In this document: positions 1 to 9,023 of the stretch, in pieces
Layout of the letters: every line of letters starts with the position of its first letter
Position numbering within the stretch: the stretch's first letter is position 1
Source of the DNA: an uncultured Chloroflexia bacterium
Lineage (GTDB): Bacteria; Chloroflexota; Limnocylindria; Limnocylindrales; CSP1-4
Assembly: GCA_963828165.1 (NCBI GenBank)
Contig: CAWHDR010000001.1
Span: 704,001-768,000 of the forward strand
DNA: 64,000 nt
Direction: 5' to 3'
Notes under the pieces: generated by a model
Seen by the model: only the letters and a program-made list of their open reading frames with translations
Databases searched by the model: none
Told to the model about the DNA's origin: nothing
Position numbers and translations under genes: made by a program

Positions 1-1294
1 GAGCACAAGTTGACGATCATCTCGGCGAACGCCGCAGCCCCCGCGACGTCGGTGACCGTGACGGTCGTCGCGGCGCCACCGGCTGCCACCCCGGAGCCGA
101 CGCCGGCTCCAACCCCGACCCCGCGGCCGACGCCGGCTCCCACCCCGACCCCGAGGCCTACGCCGGTACCGACTGCGGTCCCGACTGCGGTCCCGACACC
201 CGCGCCGACCCCCGTCGCGACACCCGCGCCGACACCCGTCGTCACGCCGGCAGCGACACCGATCGCGACGCCAGCGGCGACACCCGTCGTCACACCTGCG
301 CCGACACCCCTGGTCACACCTGTGCCGACGCCCGTCCCGACGGCGGTCCCGACGCCCGTCGTGACCCCGCGACCCACGCCGGTGCCCACCCCACCCGACC
401 CCCATCCCGACGCCCGTCGTGACCCCGCGACCCACGCCGGTGCCCACCGCGGTCCCGACCCCCGTCCCGACGCCGGTCCCGCCCCCCGCGCCGCCGGTTG
501 GTGATCCCTGGGCCGTCCCGTTCGCGACCCGGCCGGCGTCCGGCCCGATCCGACTGGCGAACTGCTCGAACGTCGTGATCGAGGGCAAGACCTTCAAGGA
601 TCTCGGCGCCGGGGTCATCGCCATCCGCATCGAGAACTGCTCGAACGTGACGATCCGATCCGTCGACTTCCTGAACGTGGCTGAAGGCGTCTACGCCCTC
701 AACTCATCGAACATCAAGATCATCGATTCGCGATACAGCAACATCACCGGGCCGGCCCAGCCGCGGACCGGCGCCAACGTCGGGAACTTTGTCCAATTCA
801 ACAATGTTGCCGGCGGGCTCATCGATCACAACAAGGGCAGGAGCGGTGACACCGAGGACATCGTGTCGGTGTATCAGTCCGATCACGTCATCGTCGAAGA
901 CAACCATTTCGAGGGCACCAACTGGACGAGCGCATCCGGCTCCGGCATCGCGCTGGCGGACGGTGGCGGCTCGTACAACATCGCACAGCGGAACATCCTG
1001 CTCAATCCCGGTCAGGTCGGCATTTTCATCGCCGGCGGCCTGAACAACAAGATCCTCGGCAACACGATCTACGGCGAGCAGCGCCTCAGGTCGAATGTCG
1101 GGCTCTATGTCTGGAACCAGTCGAGCTCGCCCTGCTCGGGCCAGGAAGTCACCGGCAACCGGGTCTACTGGCGCAATGCCGCCGGCAGCGCGAACCCGGC
1201 GTGGAACGCAGGAAACTGCGGAACGGTCACCGGCTGGTCGGCGAACAACTGGTCCGCGACGTTCGACATCAGCACCCTTCGCGTGCATCTCTGA
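1..1294 (+). CDS. Secreted-type protein, 5' truncated: long Pro/Thr/Ala/Val linker plus C-terminal right-handed beta-helix (pectin-lyase-like) domain; one frameshift near 391-395
   Basis: ORF 10..504 (PTP repeats) continues in another frame as ORF 419..1294. The C-terminal domain has beta-helix-type repeats (NVVIEG, NVTIRS, NIKII) and is paralogous to 1361..2401 and 15390..16739. Confidence 0.75.
85..495 (+). repeat. Coding low-complexity repeat, about 12-nt units encoding (P-T-P/A-V/A)n linker
   Basis: Repeated ccgacgcccgtc / ccgactgcggtc-like units; translation is PT-rich. Confidence 0.85.
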
Positions 1295-1305
1295 TCGAGC
1301 GCTGA

Positions 1306-1330
1306 GCCCGGCGGCCGCCGGCCGCCGGGC
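1306..1330 (+). terminator. GC hairpin after the first beta-helix gene (no U-tract)
   Basis: gcccggcggcc-gcc-ggccgccgggc perfect inverted repeat 11 nt after the stop codon. Confidence 0.45.
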
Positions 1331-1360
1331 CTCGAACGGGGATGCCGCTATCATCCCCCG

Positions 1361-2401
1361 GTGCCGATCGACCCGCGTTCGCGAATCCCGCTGGTCGTCT
1401 TGGCGTTGATCGCCGTGTCCGCCCTCGCGCTCGTGGCCCTGCCTCGGCTGCGTGGGCCGAGCACGCCGCCCCGGGGGTCCGCCATACCGACAGCGGCGGC
1501 CGAGGTATCGGCATCCCCAGACCCGACCGGGGCGCCCGCCTCTAGAGCTCCAGCGATCGCCTGGACCGTTCCGTTCCTGAGCCGACCGACGTCCTCCGCC
1601 ATCTCCCTCCGGAACTGCAAGGACGTCGTCATCGAGAACCGGACCTTCAAGGACCTCGGGCCGGACGTCGAGGCGATCCGTCTCGAGGACTGTCATGGGG
1701 TGACGATTCGGAACAACGACTTTGCCCGTGTGGCGCAGGCCATCACGGCGACGGACTCCACCGACATCCGCGTCGAGTGGAACCGCTACAGCGAGATCCT
1801 CGGACCGCACGAGCGTGTCGGCCTGAACCGCGCCAACTTCGTCCAGTTCGACCAGGTTCGCGGCGGGTACATCGGCAACAACAAGGGGCGTGGCGGCGAC
1901 ACCGAGGACATCGTCAGCCTGCACGACTCCGGAGGCTCCGCCGAGGAACCCTTGTACGTCGAGTACAACCACTTCGAGGGTGGGGACTGGTCGAGCAAAT
2001 CCGGTTCAGGGATCGCGCTGGGCGATGGCGGATCCTCACATTCGATCGCCCGCAACAACGTCCTGCTCAACCCGGGTCAGGTTGGGATCTTCATCGCCGG
2101 CGGGACGAACCACGCGATCATCGACAACGTGCTCTACGGCGAGCAGCGCCCGTCCTCCAATGTTGGGATCTACGTCTGGAACCAAGGCGATGGAGCGTGC
2201 TCCGGTCACGAGGTGCGTGGCAACAACGTCCATTGGCTGCGCGCCGACGGCGAGCTGAACAGCGGTTGGGATGCAGAGAATTGTGGCCCGATCGCGGGAT
2301 GGTCGACCAACGAGTTCCTGCCGGTCCTCGATCCGGCGCAGCTCACGGTCGACCTCGACGACCCCGCACCGACCGGGGCGTTCCCGGAGCTGGGTCGCTA
2401 G
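1361..2401 (+). CDS. Membrane-anchored/secreted right-handed beta-helix protein (paralog 2)
   Basis: N-terminal hydrophobic helix, short P/T/A linker, shared motifs [44 protein letters not shown] lies 6 nt before the GTG. Confidence 0.8.
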   Translation: MPIDPRSRIPLVVLALIAVSALALVALPRLRGPSTPPRGSAIPTAAAEVSASPDPTGAPASRAPAIAWTVPFLSRPTSSAISLRNCKDVVIENRTFKDLGPDVEAIRLEDCHGVTIRNNDFARVAQAITATDSTDIRVEWNRYSEILGPHERVGLNRANFVQFDQVRGGYIGNNKGRGGDTEDIVSLHDSGGSAEEPLYVEYNHFEGGDWSSKSGSGIALGDGGSSHSIARNNVLLNPGQVGIFIAGGTNHAIIDNVLYGEQRPSSNVGIYVWNQGDGACSGHEVRGNNVHWLRADGELNSGWDAENCGPIAGWSTNEFLPVLDPAQLTVDLDDPAPTGAFPELGR

Positions 2402-3078
2402 CCTCCTCGGGGGTCCAGGATCATCTTTCGCGCCGTGAACGCTTCGGCATAGCCGCTCGGCGCGTTCGATTCGATGCCGCGCAGACGGAGGACAGCACGG
2501 AAGGTCTCGTCGCTGTACCAGTGGCGATGGGCCTGGCTCGGGAATGCTCCGAGCAGGTGCTCGATCTTGCGCTCCGCGATCGAGCTCGCCAGCGGGACGT
2601 AGAGGTTGGGCTGGCCGAGGTCCCCTTCGAACTTCGGGATCTCGTACTCGAGCACGAGCGTGTTCCGAAACGTCTGCCATGCGAGTTCGGCGACGACCCG
2701 ATGATCCTGGTGCCGGTCCTCCAGCCTGGGTGCGATCACGAGGTCCGGCGAGACGCGCGTGCCGAGCTCGTCGAAGTGTTCCTTCAGCTCCGGCTGGTGC
2801 GGGAAATAGCGGTCCCGGAAGGTGCTCATCTCGACCTGCAGCTGGACGCTATCGCCGACGAGTCGCTCCGCGCTGGATCGGCCTTCCGCGGCTCGCTCCT
2901 CGTCAGCTGACAGGACGACCCAGAGGAGCTCGAGGCCCGGCCTGGCGGCGGCGAGCTCGAGGAGCAACCCGGCCGCGCCGATCTCGATGTCGTCGGCATG
3001 AGCAGCCAGGGCGAGGACACGGAGGTCGGGGCCCGAGGGGAGCGACAGCCCCGGGCGCCGACGTGAGGGATCGGTCAT
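2398..3078 (-). CDS. PIG-L/LmbE family deacetylase
   Basis: AHADDIEIG and HQDH motifs, YEIPKFEGDLG, AEAF. TAGAAT lies 7 nt before ATG 3078. Confidence 0.88.
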   Translation of the reverse strand: MTDPSRRRPGLSLPSGPDLRVLALAAHADDIEIGAAGLLLELAAARPGLELLWVVLSADEERAAEGRSSAERLVGDSVQLQVEMSTFRDRYFPHQPELKEHFDELGTRVSPDLVIAPRLEDRHQDHRVVAELAWQTFRNTLVLEYEIPKFEGDLGQPNLYVPLASSIAERKIEHLLGAFPSQAHRHWYSDETFRAVLRLRGIESNAPSGYAEAFTARKMILDPRGG

Positions 3079-3224
3079 CCGATGCATTCTAGGGGCGCAT
3101 CGGGCGGACGACGTGGTGCCAGCAGGCCCCGGGTCGCATGCGCACCGATGTCCGTCGACGTCACGTGTATGGCACAATCCGCGCCGGACGCGATCAACCC
3201 CGGGGATGTCAGCCAGGAGCCTTG

Positions 3225-4346
3225 TTGAACCCGTCACTGCGTCGTCGGATCGGATCGACCGACATCCAGATCCCGATCCTTGGGCTCGGCACGGCGCCGA
3301 TCGGGGGACTCTATGGCCCGCCCGTCGCCGATGCCGATGCCATCGCGCTGATCCGCCGCGCCCACGAGCTCGGGATCCGTGCGTTCGACACGGCCCCGAA
3401 GTACGGCAGCGGGTTCGCCGAGTCGCGGCTGGGCGAGGTGCTGCCGGAGCTGCCTCGTGACGAGATCGTCGTCTCGACGAAGGTGGGGCAACCCCTCCGA
3501 CCGATCTCGTTCGCCGCGAAGACGAGGCGCGTGCTGTCGGAGTCGCTGCGCAGCGGCGACGTTCGTCGGATCACGGGTGACACCGTACGGGTCACCAGGC
3601 GCGTGGCGATGGGTCGACGCTCGGGCGTCCAGCTCGGCTTCCCGTTCGATCGCGGGGATGCCGCGATGGAGTCATCGATCGACTTCTCCTATGACGGCGT
3701 GATGCGGTCGGTCGACGACAGCCTCGCCCGTCTCCGACTCGATCGCGTGGACATCCTGTACATCCACGAGCCCGACGACCACTACGAGGCGGCGCTCGCC
3801 GGCGCCTTCAAGGCCCTCGACCGCCTCCGGAGCGACGGCTCGATCGGCGCGGTCGGGGTCGGGATGAACCAGACGAAGATGCTCGTGCGCTTCGCCCGCG
3901 AAGCCGAGGTCGACTGCTTCCTGGTCGGTGGGCGCTACACGCTGCTCGACCAGGACGCGCTCGGAGAGCTCTTTCCGGAGTGCCAGCGGCGCGGGATCAG
4001 CATCATCGCGGGCGGGGTCTACAACAGCGGCATCCTCGCCGACCCGAGACCCGGCGCGAAGTTCGACTATGGGCGCGCGCCAAAGCCGCTGATCGAGCGC
4101 GCTCAGCGTCTCCGCGAGGTGTGCGCGCGCCATGACGTTCCCCTCATGGCTGCCGCGATCCAGTTCCCGCTCGCCCATCCCGTCGTGGCGGCGGTCCTCA
4201 CCGGGGTCCGCACCGTCGGGGAGCTCGACCAGAACCTCGCGATGTTCGGGACTCAGATCCCCGACGCGCTCTGGGGGGACCTGCAGTCCGAAGGCCTGCT
4301 CGCGCCCGATGCTCCCCTCCCGTCGTCACCGCGCGCGGTCGCCTGA
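3225..4346 (+). CDS. Aldo/keto reductase (D-threo-aldose dehydrogenase-like)
   Basis: LGLGTAPIGG, FDTAPKYG, STKVG, SLARLRLDRVDILYIH, GGVYNSG. Start set at TTG after AGGAG. Confidence 0.88.
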   Translation: MNPSLRRRIGSTDIQIPILGLGTAPIGGLYGPPVADADAIALIRRAHELGIRAFDTAPKYGSGFAESRLGEVLPELPRDEIVVSTKVGQPLRPISFAAKTRRVLSESLRSGDVRRITGDTVRVTRRVAMGRRSGVQLGFPFDRGDAAMESSIDFSYDGVMRSVDDSLARLRLDRVDILYIHEPDDHYEAALAGAFKALDRLRSDGSIGAVGVGMNQTKMLVRFAREAEVDCFLVGGRYTLLDQDALGELFPECQRRGISIIAGGVYNSGILADPRPGAKFDYGRAPKPLIERAQRLREVCARHDVPLMAAAIQFPLAHPVVAAVLTGVRTVGELDQNLAMFGTQIPDALWGDLQSEGLLAPDAPLPSSPRAVA

Positions 4347-4383
4347 CGGCCGAAGCGGAAAAGGCCGGCCGTCGAACCCCCAA

Positions 4384-5199
4384 CTACGGAACCGGTATCT
4401 CTCCTGAGGGATCCTCGGTCGGCTTCTGCCAGACCGCCCAGGGCATCTCGCCCGAATTGACCAGATCCTCGAGTCGCTGCAGATCTCGGATCGTGTCCAT
4501 CGGTGCCCAGAACCCGTCGTAGCGATACCCGAGCACCTCGCCCCGCTGGATCAGCCGCGGCAGCACATCCGGGACGAGGTCCTCGCCAGGCCCGATCTCG
4601 TCCAGGACCTCGCGCCGAAACATGAAGTAGCCGCCGTTGAGCCACAGGCCGGCCTTGGCGACGTCCGTCACGTCGCGAACCTGGTGCTTCCCCTCGAACC
4701 GCACGAGATGGAACGTGTACGCGCTCGGTCGGACAGCGACGAACGCGGCCAACTTGCCACTTCGCTTGAACTTGCGGAGGAGGTCCGGCAGCGGCGCGTC
4801 CGTCAGGCAGTCGCCGTAGTTCGCCAGGAAGATGTCCTCGTCGCTCAGCAGTGACCCGACGGCCTTGAGCCGCTGGCCGACGGACGCAGTCAGGCCGGTG
4901 TCCATGAAGGTGATCCGCCAGTCATGGATATCGCTCTTGAGCAGCTCGATCGACTTGCCGCCGTCGGCCAGGACGAAGTCGTTCGAGATCGCCTCGCTAT
5001 ACCGAAGGAAGTAATCCTTGATCACGTCCGCGCGGTAGCCGAGGCAGAGGATGAAGTCCTTCATCCCGTAGTGAGCGTAGTACCGCATCACGTGCCACAG
5101 GATCGGCCGATAGCCCACGGAGATCATCGGCTTGGGCAGCGTCTCCGAATGCGAGCGAATGCGCAGCCCCTGACCGCCGCAGAACAGGACGACCTTCAC
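4384..5199 (-). CDS. rfbF: Glucose-1-phosphate cytidylyltransferase family
   Basis: KVVLFCGGQGLR..PKPM, LCLGY, NYGD, NGGYF, FWAPMDT. Confidence 0.85.
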   Translation of the reverse strand: MKVVLFCGGQGLRIRSHSETLPKPMISVGYRPILWHVMRYYAHYGMKDFILCLGYRADVIKDYFLRYSEAISNDFVLADGGKSIELLKSDIHDWRITFMDTGLTASVGQRLKAVGSLLSDEDIFLANYGDCLTDAPLPDLLRKFKRSGKLAAFVAVRPSAYTFHLVRFEGKHQVRDVTDVAKAGLWLNGGYFMFRREVLDEIGPGEDLVPDVLPRLIQRGEVLGYRYDGFWAPMDTIRDLQRLEDLVNSGEMPWAVWQKPTEDPSGEIPVP

Positions 5200-5343
5200 G
5201 AACGCAACCCCCTGAGCACTGCGGCTCCTGTGGTGGCTGCCGCCCGCCCGATGATACGGCCCGAAAGCGCGGCCGAGGGCTCGGCGGGGGCGTCCTGGCA
5301 ACGGAGATTCCGCTGGGGACCGCCGACGGCCTGGACACTCATC

Positions 5344-6381
5344 TCAGAAGTAGCGCTTTCGCGCCATGAAGAAGCCCTTGACGCGGATGATCACGATCGT
5401 CGGCGCCACGATCGCCGCCGCCGCGCGAACCAGCTGGCGGGGACTGACGAGCCAGCGGCGATCGAACGAGATCGCGCGCAGCAGGTCCCGGATCGCGCCG
5501 CCGCGGCCATGGCCGCCCGGCCGATAGCGCTGTTGCAGTGCTCGCCCCACCAGCTGGTCCGCGACCTGGGTCATCACGTACTTGCGTTCATCCTGGCTCA
5601 CCGGGCGCCGGTGCTCGTGGACGGCGAGCGCTGACACCAGGGCGGCCGCTACCGGTGGCAGCAGGCCCTTTCGGTGGAGGTTCGCTTTGGAGAGTCCCGT
5701 GGTGATCGAGTCGCCACGGACCGTGTAGTGCAGCAGGGGTTCTTCGACATAGCCCACCGGCCCGTAGGCTGCGACGCGCGTGGCCATCTCGAGATCGACC
5801 GTCAATCCCGTCTCCTCGCGGAAGAAGCCGCCCATCACGCGATAGACATCCGCCGAGATGGCGAGCGAGCCGATGTTCCATGGCGGAGCACCCGGGGCAG
5901 CGACCGACCGGAGGAACTCTGCTGGCTCGAGGATCCCGCCGCGCAGCGATTTCAAGCGCCAGGAACCGAAGTAGACCTGCTCGGCGGGCTGCCCCGCGTC
6001 GTCGAATCGAGCGCATCCGGTCAGCACCATGGCGAGCTCGCGACCCGCAGCTTGCGCCTCCTCGACCTGGTTCGCCATCCGTTCCAGGCAGGTGGGCAGG
6101 AGGCGGTCGTCGGCGGACAGGTATTGGAGCCATTCGAACTGGCACAGCCCGATCGTCCGGTTGGCGTTTCCCGCGAAGTCGATGTGCTCGTTCCAGCGGT
6201 GATACCGGATGCGCGGGTCGGCGTAGCGAGCGACGGCCTCCTCGATGCCATCGGTCGAGACGTTGTCGCCGATGACGAGCTCCCAGTCCTGGTGGGTCTG
6301 GGCAAGCAGGCTGTCGATGGCTCCGGGCAGCCAGCGGACGTCGTTCCAGACCGGGATGAACACCGAGAAACGGGTCGTCAT
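5344..6381 (-). CDS. Glycosyltransferase family 2
   Basis: FSVFIPVWN, SLLAQT, DNVSTD, LSADD. Confidence 0.88.
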   Translation of the reverse strand: MTTRFSVFIPVWNDVRWLPGAIDSLLAQTHQDWELVIGDNVSTDGIEEAVARYADPRIRYHRWNEHIDFAGNANRTIGLCQFEWLQYLSADDRLLPTCLERMANQVEEAQAAGRELAMVLTGCARFDDAGQPAEQVYFGSWRLKSLRGGILEPAEFLRSVAAPGAPPWNIGSLAISADVYRVMGGFFREETGLTVDLEMATRVAAYGPVGYVEEPLLHYTVRGDSITTGLSKANLHRKGLLPPVAAALVSALAVHEHRRPVSQDERKYVMTQVADQLVGRALQQRYRPGGHGRGGAIRDLLRAISFDRRWLVSPRQLVRAAAAIVAPTIVIIRVKGFFMARKRYF

Positions 6382-7691
6382 GATGCTGCCGCCGACGAGG
6401 CAGCGGAACGAGCGCCGGCGTCTTCCTGTCGTCGGCGCATCGCGATCGCGTAGATCTGCGCCAGACGGGCATAGCTTGCCTCGGCCGTGTAGTTGCCGAG
6501 GTATGCGTGCCGCGCGGCCTTCCCGAGCCCGTCCATCTCCGTGGGATGGGCCTCGGCCCAGGCGAGGGTCGACGCCAGCGCCGACGCGTCACCGGGCTCG
6601 AAGGTGATCCCGGTCTCTCCGTCGCGGACCAGGGTGGCGGCCGCACCGCGGCGGGCCGCGATGACCGGCACGCCGGCGGCAAACGCCTCGAGGATCGTCA
6701 TCGGCATGCCCTCGTACCAGAGCGAGGGGAAGATGAGCGCCCGGCAGCGCTCGAGCTCTCGTCCGACGTCTTCGGGTGCGAGCCGACCCAGTGGCTCGAT
6801 CGAGGGATGCGACTCCGCCGTCGCGAGGAGCCGCCCGGTCTCCGGTCCGTCCCCGGCGACCCGCACGACGATGCCCGGCTCGAGGAGCGGCGCAGCGTCG
6901 ATGACGGTGCCGATCCCCTTCTCCGCCGAGAGACGGCCGACGAAGAGGAAGCCTTCGCGGGGACCCTCGTGCGCACCCGGGTCCGGGCTGATGAAGTTGT
7001 GCTTGACGTGGACCCGATCGGCGGGCAGTCCGCCCTCGGCCAGCTTGGCGGCGGCGAAATCCGTCAGGGCGATGAACGCATCGACATCGCGCCACCCTGG
7101 CCGCACGCGATGGGAGGCCACCAGCGCAGCGACCGGAAGGGTCGCGAGCCTCGACCCGCGGTAGCAGGCGTGCAGGACCGATGGCCACGGGACCGCCCGA
7201 CCGACGCAGTCCTCGCATGGCCGTCCGTCGCGGAAGAGCGTCGCTGCGGGGCACATCGTTCGATAGTTGTGGATCGTCTGCACGACGGCCGCTCCGGATC
7301 GGTGGGCCGCCCCGTAGATCGACGGCGACAGCAAGGGAAACGTGTTGTGGGCGTGGACGATGTCGACCGGGTGTTCCGCAAGCCGTTTCGCGACCAGCCG
7401 CGCCGCGCGTGACGACCAGACGGTCTCGACGGCGAGCCGGGCGCGCTGAGCGAGGCCTGAGTCGTCAGCGATCGAGTCGTTGTCGACGACCAGGGTCGTG
7501 ACGTCGTGGCCCATCCGGCGCAGGAGCGCCAGCTCCGCGTCGAACACCGCGTCCTCACCGGCGCGCTGCCGATAGCGCTCGTGGATCAGCAGGATGGATG
7601 GTCGTACCAGCTTGGCCCCCGTGGTCACCGCCGTCGTCGGGAGCGATGCGCGCGCGGGCCTGGTGGGTGAAACCTCGAATGCGACGGGCAT
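6378..7691 (-). CDS. Glycosyltransferase family 4
   Basis: HNTFP, FVGRLSAEKG, PSLWYEGMPMTILEAFAAG. Confidence 0.9.
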   Translation of the reverse strand: MPVAFEVSPTRPARASLPTTAVTTGAKLVRPSILLIHERYRQRAGEDAVFDAELALLRRMGHDVTTLVVDNDSIADDSGLAQRARLAVETVWSSRAARLVAKRLAEHPVDIVHAHNTFPLLSPSIYGAAHRSGAAVVQTIHNYRTMCPAATLFRDGRPCEDCVGRAVPWPSVLHACYRGSRLATLPVAALVASHRVRPGWRDVDAFIALTDFAAAKLAEGGLPADRVHVKHNFISPDPGAHEGPREGFLFVGRLSAEKGIGTVIDAAPLLEPGIVVRVAGDGPETGRLLATAESHPSIEPLGRLAPEDVGRELERCRALIFPSLWYEGMPMTILEAFAAGVPVIAARRGAAATLVRDGETGITFEPGDASALASTLAWAEAHPTEMDGLGKAARHAYLGNYTAEASYARLAQIYAIAMRRRQEDAGARSAASSAAAS

Positions 7692-7857
7692 GGACCGACG
7701 GACCCCCTCCAGGACGACAATGAGGCGGTATGGTACATCGCTGCCCGGCCAGCAGCCGCCACGGCGCCTTGCACCACGGACCGCTCAGCACGCCTTTCCG
7801 GCGCGCCGGCCGGCGGAATCCTCTGACCACCCACACCACTGACCCGATGAGGCCCGA

Positions 7858-8973
7858 GTGCGCATCCTTCATGTCGTGACACGCCTGGGCCTCGGTGGCG
7901 CGGAGCGCGTCGCGGAACTGCTCGCCGCTGCGAGCGCCTCCAGTGGCCACGAGGTGTCGCTCCTGCCCATCGTCGCCGCCCGCGATCACGCCTATCGCGA
8001 TGAGATGACCTCGCGCCTGGCCTCCCGGGGCGTCCACGTCGCCCGGAGCGCCGCCTCATCCACGGCGAAGATCGCGGTCGTCGAGGGCGCCGGTCGACTC
8101 GCCCGAACCGTGGCGTCGATGCGACCGGATGTCGTCCATCTGCACACCGAGATCCCGGAGTTCGCCTGGGCGCTTGCGAGCGTGCCGTCGCGGGGTGTCC
8201 GGACCGTGCCCGTCGTCCGGACCGTCCACAACACGGTGCTGTGGGGTGGGTGGGGGAGCATGGGTCGCTTCGCCGAGCGGCGACTCGCCGATGCCCGGGT
8301 GGCTGCCGTGAGTGTCGCCGCCCGCACGGCCTTCCTGGATTGGCGAGGGCGCGCGGGCCTACCCGTCGACGAGGCCGCCGTGATCTACAACGGCGTTGAC
8401 GCCAGCGGCCTGCCTGATGGCCCGGGTGAGCCTGGCCGGCCGCCGCTGCTCTGCTTCGCCGGGCGCTTCGAGCCACAGAAGGGCATCGACGTCCTCCTCG
8501 AGAGTGTCGCGCGACTGACCGGATCCGATCCTCCGTTCCGGGTGGCAATCTTCGGCGAGGGGTCACACGCGGCCAGCGTCGTAGCGGCTGCCGCCCGCTC
8601 GGATGGCCGCATGCTCGTCAGCCCGCCGGTGGCCGACTTGCGGGCGCGCCTCGGTTCGTTCGACGCGATCCTCATGCCGTCGCGGTTCGAGGGACTGCCG
8701 CTCCTGGCGGTCGAAGCGCTCTGTACGGGGATCCCCGTCTTGGCTACGAAGGCTCCCGGCCTGGACGAAGTGTTGCCCGACTGGTACCCGGGGCTCTGCC
8801 CACCCGGTGACACGACCGAATTCGCCTCGATGATGCGGGCGTTCTTGTCGGATCCCGAGGCATGGCGCGAGGACGCACGGCGCGCCCGCCCAGCAGCGCT
8901 CCAGCGCTTTTCGCTCAAGGCGATGGTGGCGGCCTATGAGCGGCTGTACACGGAGACCCTCGACGCCGCTTAG
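7858..8973 (+). CDS. Glycosyltransferase family 4
   Basis: MRILHVVTRLGLGGAER, GRFEPQKG, PSRFEGLPLLAVEA. Confidence 0.9.
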   Translation: MRILHVVTRLGLGGAERVAELLAAASASSGHEVSLLPIVAARDHAYRDEMTSRLASRGVHVARSAASSTAKIAVVEGAGRLARTVASMRPDVVHLHTEIPEFAWALASVPSRGVRTVPVVRTVHNTVLWGGWGSMGRFAERRLADARVAAVSVAARTAFLDWRGRAGLPVDEAAVIYNGVDASGLPDGPGEPGRPPLLCFAGRFEPQKGIDVLLESVARLTGSDPPFRVAIFGEGSHAASVVAAAARSDGRMLVSPPVADLRARLGSFDAILMPSRFEGLPLLAVEALCTGIPVLATKAPGLDEVLPDWYPGLCPPGDTTEFASMMRAFLSDPEAWREDARRARPAALQRFSLKAMVAAYERLYTETLDAA

Positions 8974-9023
8974 GCCCACGACATCGTTCGCCGTTCGCGA
9001 ATTGGAATGCTCGACTGGCCAAG

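Noticed and set aside
85-495. Repeat array as CRISPR or a non-coding repeat
   Set aside because: Units are codon-phased, degenerate, lack unique spacers and encode a PT linker; no cas genes are present.
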